A stretch of 51,440 nt of DNA, from positions 1 through 51,440 of the IMG/VR virus record IMGVR_UViG_3300033076_000202; one strand, 5' to 3'. Numbering within the stretch: the first letter of the stretch is position 1; every line of letters starts with the position of its first letter. Shown here piece after piece: positions 19,163 to 26,734 of the stretch. Under the pieces are notes generated by a model. It did no database searches. It had not been told where the DNA came from and was given only the letters and a program-made list of their open reading frames with translations. The translations under genes and the position numbers were made by a program. The stretch comes from a virus (lineage: Duplodnaviria > Caudoviricetes).

Positions 19163-20668
19163 ATGCAAGGTATCGCTCAGAAGATTCTGGAGAACCCCGG
19201 TCGTTACTCCGTGCAAGAACTTCAGCAAGGTGTGCAGCACGGGATCATCCCTGCTTACATCGCCGTCCCGCTGATCCAAGAAAAGGTTCAACAGCAAAAG
19301 CAGATGATGCTTGCGCAGACCATGCAGCATCCTCAGGTTCAAGGCCAACCGCCTATTGCCGCTCAAGTCATGGGTGAGGCTCAAGGTCTTGAGTCCATGC
19401 CGACAAATCTCCCGCAGAACTACGCGGGCGGTGGTATCGTTGCGTTTGATGAAGGTGGTGACGTTGAGGATAAAGGCCCATTCACTGGCCCGCTCGCTTG
19501 GTTGTTTGGGCAACCCAATATCACCCCCGCTGAGAAGGCGCGGTATCGCGCTTTGCAAGAACAGGCACAGGCCCGTGCGGGGTCCCCAGCAGAACCGGTA
19601 GCCACCCCGTACGATAGCCAGACGGCCACCCGTCGCGCAGACTACGCAGTAGCTGGGCAGCCTGCTACGGTTACAACGCCTCCTGTAATTGATCGACCCG
19701 CCACCCCTGCGGTACCGCGCCCTGCTGGTATTGACGCCCTCATGGCCAAGCGCCCACAAAGCTCTATGGCTGACACTGCGCAACGTCTGTACGCAGACTT
19801 CGGCGCCCGTGAAGATGCACGGCAGCAGGAGTTGCAGGGCAAGCGCGAGCAGCTTATGGGCAGCGTCAAAGGAGAAGCCTTCGAGGACATGAAGAAGTCC
19901 CTGGAGGCAGAAGCCAAGCAGTTCGGCGCCGACCGCGAAGAAGCCAAAGCTATGGCATTGTTCAAAGCTGGTCTTGCCATGATGTCGGGCACTTCCCCAC
20001 ATGCCTTGCAGAACATTGGTAAGGGCGCAATGGCGGGCGCTGAGGACTACCAAGCAGCGATGAAGGATCTCAAGAAGGCTGAGAAAGAAAACCAAAAGCA
20101 GATGGCCTACATCGAGCAGGCTCGCCGCGCAGAGAAACTGGGTGACCGTGATAAGCAGCTTGAGTTGCTGACCAAAGCTGATGAGGCCAAGTCCAAGCGT
20201 GACTTGCACGGTACGGACGCTATTGCTGCGGCTTACGGTACAGAGTTTGGGGTTGCTGAGAAACAGTGGGAAGCCATCATGCACCGCCAGACAAATCTGG
20301 ATGTGGCAAATATCCACGCAGGGGCTACGCTTGGCGCGGCCAACGCACGTCTGGAGGCACTGATGGCCGGTGCCGGTGGGAAGGGTGGCTTCACTGCGGA
20401 GCAGCTTAGTAAGGAGATCGAGAACGCCCGCTCTAGCCCTGCATTTGAGCAATACCGCAAGATGCTCATCGACCAGAAAGGCAAGAGCGCGGAGAAGACG
20501 CCAGAATTCCAAGCCGCATTGGACAATAAAGTGGCAGAATTGGTACGAAGCCGCGTTGCGCAGGTTAACCAAATCCGAGGTGGGGCGCCCGCAACGGGGG
20601 CGCAACCGAGCGGGGCACTCCAGCAACTGTTGTCTGATCCGAGCGTAGCCAAGTACCTTAACCCGTAA
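19163..20668 (+). CDS. Helical internal virion/ejection protein
   Basis: YAGGGIVAFDEGG; AGLAMMSGTSPHALQNIG; coiled-coil composition. Confidence 0.62.
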   Translation: MQGIAQKILENPGRYSVQELQQGVQHGIIPAYIAVPLIQEKVQQQKQMMLAQTMQHPQVQGQPPIAAQVMGEAQGLESMPTNLPQNYAGGGIVAFDEGGDVEDKGPFTGPLAWLFGQPNITPAEKARYRALQEQAQARAGSPAEPVATPYDSQTATRRADYAVAGQPATVTTPPVIDRPATPAVPRPAGIDALMAKRPQSSMADTAQRLYADFGAREDARQQELQGKREQLMGSVKGEAFEDMKKSLEAEAKQFGADREEAKAMALFKAGLAMMSGTSPHALQNIGKGAMAGAEDYQAAMKDLKKAEKENQKQMAYIEQARRAEKLGDRDKQLELLTKADEAKSKRDLHGTDAIAAAYGTEFGVAEKQWEAIMHRQTNLDVANIHAGATLGAANARLEALMAGAGGKGGFTAEQLSKEIENARSSPAFEQYRKMLIDQKGKSAEKTPEFQAALDNKVAELVRSRVAQVNQIRGGAPATGAQPSGALQQLLSDPSVAKYLNP

Positions 20669-20677
20669 GGAACCCAC

Positions 20678-23600
20678 ATGGAATTAGCAAGCGTCCTTCA
20701 AGCAATCAAACGTGCGGACGCCGCCGGGGACACCGAAGCCGCGCAAAAACTTGGGGCAGTCGCCCGGCAAATGATGTCCTCTCCAGAGGACCTTATTAAG
20801 CAAGACTACTCAATGGGGGAAATCCTTAGCAAGGGTGTCCAACGTGGGGTTAAACGACTGGGTTCGACCTTTGGTGATATCGTCCCGGCGATGGGGGCGT
20901 CTGCGCTTGGCTTTGACGAGTACGCCCGCAAGCAGATGGAAGAGGCTGCCCAGACGGAGCAGGAAATCGCAAGGACGATGCCCGCTCAGTACAAGAGCTT
21001 GTCAGATGTCAAAGGTATCGGAGACTACCTTCCTTTTGCGCTTGAAACCATCGGTGAACAAGTCCCCAACATCGCTACATCGCTTGTCCCCGGCGTGGGT
21101 GCTGCTGGTCTGGCTACTCGCGCTGGTCTGGGTATGGCTGGCAAAGCCGCCGCTGTCAATGCGGGTACGTTCCTTGGCGCCTACGCACAAAACGCTCCGG
21201 AAGTCTTCCAGAACATCTACCAAGAGACTGGTCAATTAGCCCCCGGTGCCTCTGCGATCTTCGGCGCTGGTGCTGCTGCGCTTGACTCCGTACTGCCTGC
21301 CTCGTTGGCCAAACGACTGACCGGCCCGGTCAAGATGGGTATCGTCGAGAAAATGCTGGAGAAGTCCGGCATGGACAAGGGTCTGCTGCGCACCGTGACG
21401 GCCAACGCAATCAAAGGAGTCCCCGGCGAAGGTTTGACCGAAGGCGCCCAAGAAGCCATCAGCATCGCTGCTGAGAACTTCGTTGCCAAGAACCCGCAGA
21501 TCTTTGAGAGCAAAGAGTGGAACCGCATCATGGAGAGCGCGGTTCGTGGGGCTGTGGCCGGTGGGGCGTTTGGTGGTGCTGGGGGTGTGGCTGAGCGTGC
21601 ACAGGTTGTTGCTGAGCGCCAGCGTCGTTATGACGCAGTGATGGCCGACCGCAACGCCACATTGGCAGACCGTCGCCGCGCCAAGGAAGAACTCCTCGCT
21701 GCCCAAGAGGCACAAAAAGCCGCCGACACGGAAGCTATCTTGGCCGGGGAAGCTGAGCAGACAGAACTGGCTGCGCTGCAAGATCGCCAGTACACTCCAC
21801 CTGTAGACCAAACTGAAGTAGCACGCACCGCTGCCGCAGAGAACCAAGCTGCAATCAACCGCGCTCGGCAGGAGGAGAAGCGCCAAGCTGCGGCCCTCAA
21901 GGCTGACCAAGCTACCCTGAAAAAAGCCATTGGGGAACTGACGGACGTACCGACCGATCTGCTTGCGTTGGCAAAACAACCATCACCCTTGGCCCAGACC
22001 ATCGCACAGACCCGCGAAGAGATGGATGCACTGGCTGCCAAGCGCGGTCCGAAACCCGTTGTGGAGCCCGAAACACCAGTTAGCGCTACAGAAACTACTG
22101 TTAAAGAAACGTCGGCTCAACCTACAACAACTTCTGTAGAAGAGCCTAAGATACGTAAGGCCGCGACCCCCTCCCTTGAAAGCATCACCAAGATTGATGA
22201 CCCGAAGGTGTTCGGCAAACTGATTGGTGTCGGCCCCACCGCTCGTATCCTGCGTGCAGATGGTCCGCTGGCTGGCAAAGACCTGACTGATCCCGCGCAA
22301 GCTGCGGAGGTCAAATCTATTCTGGAAGCATATGCTTCAGGCAAACCCGCCGTTGGTGCTGCCGAAAAGATCGACGCCTTCCTCAAGCGTCCCGAGTTCC
22401 AAGGAGCCACCGATGTTGCAAGACCTGTCGAACAGTCAACTGGAGCAGGCGCTGTCGTACCTAGCGAACCCGCTGCTGGAGCCGCCGCAGTCGCTGAAGG
22501 AACTGAACCAAGTGGAATGGTTTCTCCTAGAGAGGTTGTTGGAGACGTTGCTGTACGAGAAGGAGAGCAGCCCGGTGCACTGACAGAAGCCACCCCCGCT
22601 GAACCCGCCGAACTCGGCAAGAAGGCCAAGACTGATCTGGCCAAGGCCGAGGCTGGCACCGAGACCGCACTCAAGGAGCAGGCTACCTTCGCACAGGAAG
22701 TTGACCAGCGTACCGATGATCTGCTGACCGAGCAGCTACGCGCTACTGCCCGTGAGGCTGGGCTGTCTGACGCTGACGTGCCGTCCGAATCTCACGCTGG
22801 GACCGACGCGCACAATACGCTGCGCCTGCCTCCCCTGATCAACGAGTTCTTCCGCCTGCAAGATGTGTCGCGCCAAGAAGGTAACGACCCTGCGCAACAG
22901 CGCAAGAACCAGCAGGAGATGCAGGCCATCAAGGACGCCATCGCTAAGTCGGGTATGGACCCAGACGAAGCCCTTGCCATCTTGGGTCGCAGTACGCCAG
23001 AACAGCGGGACACATTCCTGTCTGAGATGAGCCGTCAGGCCCGCAACAACTTTGAGCGTGAGGCCCGACAACGTGTGGCCAAGATCAAGGAAGAGAAGGC
23101 CGCTGCCCCCCAAGCTGAAAAACCTACCAAGCGTGAAGTCTCTGAGGATGAAATCTTCGAGACGCTGACTGGGGTGCTCAACAAAGGCAAGGTGCCCACT
23201 GCGCTTGGACGCAAGCTATTCAACCCTGCATACCAAGGCCCAGCGTTCAACCAAGCCGACGCTGACTTGGCCAACAAAGGTGACTTCAACGGTCTGCTGC
23301 GCAGCATGCTCAATCAGATCAAGGACCCGGCGATCAAGCAAGTCCTACGCAAGTTGCGTTCGTTGAACTTGAATGTGAAGATTGAGATCGGTCCTGTCGA
23401 GGGCGGTCAAGCTGGCTCCTACGACCCCGCCACCAACACGATTACGCTGGACCCCCGTAATGGCATGAATGCACACACGTTTGTGCATGAAGCTATCCAC
23501 GCTGCTGTTTCCCACGTCCTTAATAACTCCAACCACCCGCTGACCAAGGACTTCCAGAAGTTTTTCGTGCAGATCCAAGACCGCCTCGGCGCTGCCTACG

Positions 23601-26452
23601 GTGCGAAAGACCTGCAAGAGTTTGCAGCCGAACTGGTGGGTAACCCACAGTTCCAAGCCGCGCTCAAAGCGATCAAGACCCCGCGCAGTGAGAGCATGTT
23701 CCGCTACGTCATGCGCAGGATTGCTGAGTTCCTTGGGTTCACGCCCAAGACTTCTGCTTTTGATACCGGTCTGGATTTCGTTGAACGTGCTCTTGATATT
23801 TCCGCAGATGTAGAACCGACCGGCGCTGAGAAGTTGTTCATGATTGGCGGTCAGGGCGCTCTTGGGCAAGTTGCTGATATCGCACGCGATATGCCCGCTG
23901 CAACAAAGCAGACTATCGAAGACGCCAAGAACGCTTTCTCCAATCTGAAAGACGGGCGGTTCAAGGAAGCTGCGTTTGGCCTGCTGCGATTGGACAACTT
24001 GCGCGACATGTACGGCTCCGCGCTCCCCGCTATTCAGAAGATTCTGGATGCACTTGAACTGCGTGCTGGTATGCAGGAAAAGAAGATCGGTGCTGCCAAC
24101 CGCAACTACCGCCACTTTGTACGCGTGGCCCGCCAACATCCGCAAGCGATGAAGCGTTTGAACGACATTGCTGTGAACGCTCGCTTGGAAGAAGTAGATC
24201 TGCTGGACCCCAAGTTCCAACCGACGGCACAAAACCAAGCCGCATACTCACGTCTCAAGCAGGAGTTCAACGCACTACCCGCAGACGTGCGTCAGGTCTA
24301 TGCGACCATCCGCAACGAGTACGATGCGTCGTTCCGTGAGTACAAGCAGTTGCTGACAGATGCAGCACAGCGGGCACACCCAGCGCTCGCTGCCAAGTTG
24401 GCCCAGATGTTCCAGACACAGAAGCCTGTCGTTGGTTACATTCCCTTCTTGCGTCACGGCAACTACTGGGTTGAATACACTGACCCGACCACGGGGGAAC
24501 CGGCTGCTTCTGCGTTTGAGTCTTCCCGCGAGCGACAGCAGTTCGTGGATTCAATGCCTAAAGGTACACAACATCGTCTGTACCAAAACGTCGAAGACGC
24601 TCGGTTCACTGGTGACAACCTGCCGCCCACACACTTCATCATGCAGGTGATGCAGCAGCTTAAACAACAGGGCGCAAGTCAAGAGCAGCTTGACGGTGTG
24701 TACCAAGCGTACCTGTCCACGTTCCCCGCCGAATCGCTCATGAAGCAGTTCATGAAGTCACAGAACAAGCTGGGTATGGAGCGCGACATCATCCGTGGGT
24801 ACAGCGACCTCATGGTGCGTTATGCACGCAAGCTGGCTAACTCCAAGTACGTGCCGGAGATCGACCGCGCACTGGCTGAATTGAAAGAAGAAGCTCGTGT
24901 CTCTGGGGACGATACACTGCGTGCCGTGGCCGAGAACGTGCTCGGGCAATCGGCCTTCTTCCACAACCCGAACTTTGGAACGCTGGTGCATGCGGGTACG
25001 GCTCTGAGCTACTTCGAGTTCATCGCTGGCAACATCTCTTCCGCACTGGTCAACTTGACCTCGCTGCCCATGATGGTCTACCCGCTGCTCACCGGCAAGT
25101 TCGGTTGGGGCAACACTACGGCTGCCATGACTTCTGCATTGAAGACAGCGCACAACAACTGGGGTCAGATGCCGAAGTACAAGAAGCTGTACGACACACT
25201 GATGGATCACGGACAACTTGAGCATACGACCGCTCGGGAAGTGTTGGAAGGTCGTCGGCAGTCTACGGATCAGTTCACCAGTGTCAAGGCACGTGTGATG
25301 GAGCTCTTGTCCAAACCGTTCACTGCCTCAGAACGATACAACCGTGGGGTTACTGCCATCGCGGCCTACGACCTCGCCATGCAGCAAGGTATGGGCGAAG
25401 CCCAAGCTATCCGCTACGCGCTCAACACCGTGAAAGACGCCCACACGTCCGGTATGGCTGCCACGGGTCCCAAGTGGATGCAGACTCCGCTGGGCCGGAT
25501 GTTCTTCACGTTCAAATCGTTCGCGTGGAACAGTGCGTATGTCATGGCCCGCGCGTTTCATCAAGCCGCCAAGGGGGAGACCCCTGAAGTCAAACGGGCG
25601 GCTCGCCACCAGTTGCTTGCTACCTACGGCATGGCCACTGTGTTTGCTGGGGTTAAGGGCATGCCCTTCTACGGAGCCATCTCTACATTTTTCACAATGA
25701 TGGCGGCCCTCATGGGTGACGATGACGAACCGTTTGACTTTGACGAGTTCCTGCGCAACTCCTTCGGGGAGATGGCGTACAAAGGCTTGATCAACTACGG
25801 CATGAACGTCGAGGTCTCTAACCGCTCCGGCATCGCCACTGACTTGATCTTCCGGGACGACCCACGAGGGGTTGCTGAGCACGGGTACGTGCTGTCTGCT
25901 ATGCAGCAAATCTTGGGACCCCTTGGTTCGATTGCAGTGAATTCTGGTAACGCCATCAAGATGTTCAAGGACGGGCATATTGAACGTGCGCTGGAGACTG
26001 CCGCTCCAAGTTTCTTCCGTAACGGAATGAAGGGCATGCGGTATCTGGTAGAGGGGGCGACCACCCTCAAGGGCGACCCTGTGATGGAAGACATCGGCGC
26101 CTACAACTCCATGATGCAGATGATCGGCTTCACCCCTGCGGACCTGTCCAGCCAGTATGAGCGCGTACAAGCAGCAAAAGGATTCGAGCGTGAGGTGCAG
26201 GGCCGCCGCACTCAGATCTTGCAGATGTACGACATGGCCCACACTGCCGGGGATTCTGACTTGTTGCAGGAAGCCAACGAACGCCGCATGAGCTTCAACG
26301 AGCACCACCCGAAGTTCAAGATCGACCAGAACTCCATTGAACGGTCCATTAAAGCCCGCAAGGCTGCCGAGAAGGACATGATCCACGGTGTACGCTTCAA
26401 CAAGAAGCTGCGTGCCGAGATCGTCGATAAGTTCTTCGACGAAGAGGACTAA
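20678..26452 (+). CDS. Large polyvalent (ejected) protein with zincin-like HExxH and PLxRFG-like domains
   Basis: 1924 aa; GSYDPATNTITL...FVHEAIHAA...EFAAE; YIPFLRHGNYWV; last gene of the virion arm. Confidence 0.72.
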   Translation: MELASVLQAIKRADAAGDTEAAQKLGAVARQMMSSPEDLIKQDYSMGEILSKGVQRGVKRLGSTFGDIVPAMGASALGFDEYARKQMEEAAQTEQEIARTMPAQYKSLSDVKGIGDYLPFALETIGEQVPNIATSLVPGVGAAGLATRAGLGMAGKAAAVNAGTFLGAYAQNAPEVFQNIYQETGQLAPGASAIFGAGAAALDSVLPASLAKRLTGPVKMGIVEKMLEKSGMDKGLLRTVTANAIKGVPGEGLTEGAQEAISIAAENFVAKNPQIFESKEWNRIMESAVRGAVAGGAFGGAGGVAERAQVVAERQRRYDAVMADRNATLADRRRAKEELLAAQEAQKAADTEAILAGEAEQTELAALQDRQYTPPVDQTEVARTAAAENQAAINRARQEEKRQAAALKADQATLKKAIGELTDVPTDLLALAKQPSPLAQTIAQTREEMDALAAKRGPKPVVEPETPVSATETTVKETSAQPTTTSVEEPKIRKAATPSLESITKIDDPKVFGKLIGVGPTARILRADGPLAGKDLTDPAQAAEVKSILEAYASGKPAVGAAEKIDAFLKRPEFQGATDVARPVEQSTGAGAVVPSEPAAGAAAVAEGTEPSGMVSPREVVGDVAVREGEQPGALTEATPAEPAELGKKAKTDLAKAEAGTETALKEQATFAQEVDQRTDDLLTEQLRATAREAGLSDADVPSESHAGTDAHNTLRLPPLINEFFRLQDVSRQEGNDPAQQRKNQQEMQAIKDAIAKSGMDPDEALAILGRSTPEQRDTFLSEMSRQARNNFEREARQRVAKIKEEKAAAPQAEKPTKREVSEDEIFETLTGVLNKGKVPTALGRKLFNPAYQGPAFNQADADLANKGDFNGLLRSMLNQIKDPAIKQVLRKLRSLNLNVKIEIGPVEGGQAGSYDPATNTITLDPRNGMNAHTFVHEAIHAAVSHVLNNSNHPLTKDFQKFFVQIQDRLGAAYGAKDLQEFAAELVGNPQFQAALKAIKTPRSESMFRYVMRRIAEFLGFTPKTSAFDTGLDFVERALDISADVEPTGAEKLFMIGGQGALGQVADIARDMPAATKQTIEDAKNAFSNLKDGRFKEAAFGLLRLDNLRDMYGSALPAIQKILDALELRAGMQEKKIGAANRNYRHFVRVARQHPQAMKRLNDIAVNARLEEVDLLDPKFQPTAQNQAAYSRLKQEFNALPADVRQVYATIRNEYDASFREYKQLLTDAAQRAHPALAAKLAQMFQTQKPVVGYIPFLRHGNYWVEYTDPTTGEPAASAFESSRERQQFVDSMPKGTQHRLYQNVEDARFTGDNLPPTHFIMQVMQQLKQQGASQEQLDGVYQAYLSTFPAESLMKQFMKSQNKLGMERDIIRGYSDLMVRYARKLANSKYVPEIDRALAELKEEARVSGDDTLRAVAENVLGQSAFFHNPNFGTLVHAGTALSYFEFIAGNISSALVNLTSLPMMVYPLLTGKFGWGNTTAAMTSALKTAHNNWGQMPKYKKLYDTLMDHGQLEHTTAREVLEGRRQSTDQFTSVKARVMELLSKPFTASERYNRGVTAIAAYDLAMQQGMGEAQAIRYALNTVKDAHTSGMAATGPKWMQTPLGRMFFTFKSFAWNSAYVMARAFHQAAKGETPEVKRAARHQLLATYGMATVFAGVKGMPFYGAISTFFTMMAALMGDDDEPFDFDEFLRNSFGEMAYKGLINYGMNVEVSNRSGIATDLIFRDDPRGVAEHGYVLSAMQQILGPLGSIAVNSGNAIKMFKDGHIERALETAAPSFFRNGMKGMRYLVEGATTLKGDPVMEDIGAYNSMMQMIGFTPADLSSQYERVQAAKGFEREVQGRRTQILQMYDMAHTAGDSDLLQEANERRMSFNEHHPKFKIDQNSIERSIKARKAAEKDMIHGVRFNKKLRAEIVDKFFDEED
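22413..22583 (+). CDS. Putative overprinted 56-aa protein nested out of frame in the polyvalent gene
   Basis: AAGGAG (22401-22406) just before ATG 22413; amphipathic sequence MLQDLSNSQLEQALSYL...EWFLLERLLETLL. Confidence 0.5.
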   Translation: MLQDLSNSQLEQALSYLANPLLEPPQSLKELNQVEWFLLERLLETLLYEKESSPVH

Positions 26453-26482
26453 AAAGAAAGCCCCGGTGATTAGCCGGGGCTT
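26451..26482 (-). terminator. Rho-independent (probably bidirectional) terminator at the convergence of the two arms
   Basis: AAGCCCCGG-N7-CCGGGGCTT; followed by TCTTTTT on the - strand. Confidence 0.85.
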
Positions 26483-26497
26483 AAACCTCAACAGGAG

Positions 26498-26734
26498 TTA
26501 ACGTGAGGAGAGTGCGGGGCTGACTATACCATCAACCCGCCAAACCCGCAAGCCGTACACTCCATCCTCTACAACTTGTTTACAGACAGCGTTCAAACGA
26601 TGTCGCGCTAGTTCGCGTGTGATAAACCGCTCCATCGCCCTGCGGTCTAGGCAGGGGATGAACATCGAGGTGCCGGGGTGGAACTTCTCCCACTCAATCA
26701 GCAGTGGCAGGCCCAGTACTTCCATCGCCTTCAA
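26498..26734 (-). CDS. Hypothetical protein
   Basis: IEWEKF.PG.S.FIPCLD...GVYGLRVWR; coupled to the primase-helicase. Confidence 0.65.
   Translation of the reverse strand: MKAMEVLGLPLLIEWEKFHPGTSMFIPCLDRRAMERFITRELARHRLNAVCKQVVEDGVYGLRVWRVDGIVSPALSSR

Noticed and set aside
19157-20677. 506-aa antisense ORF (and similar ones at 25328-26491, 29975-30850, 32544-33539)
   Set aside because: They mirror real genes codon-for-codon, lack RBSs and have unnatural composition; typical shadows of GC-biased coding sequence.
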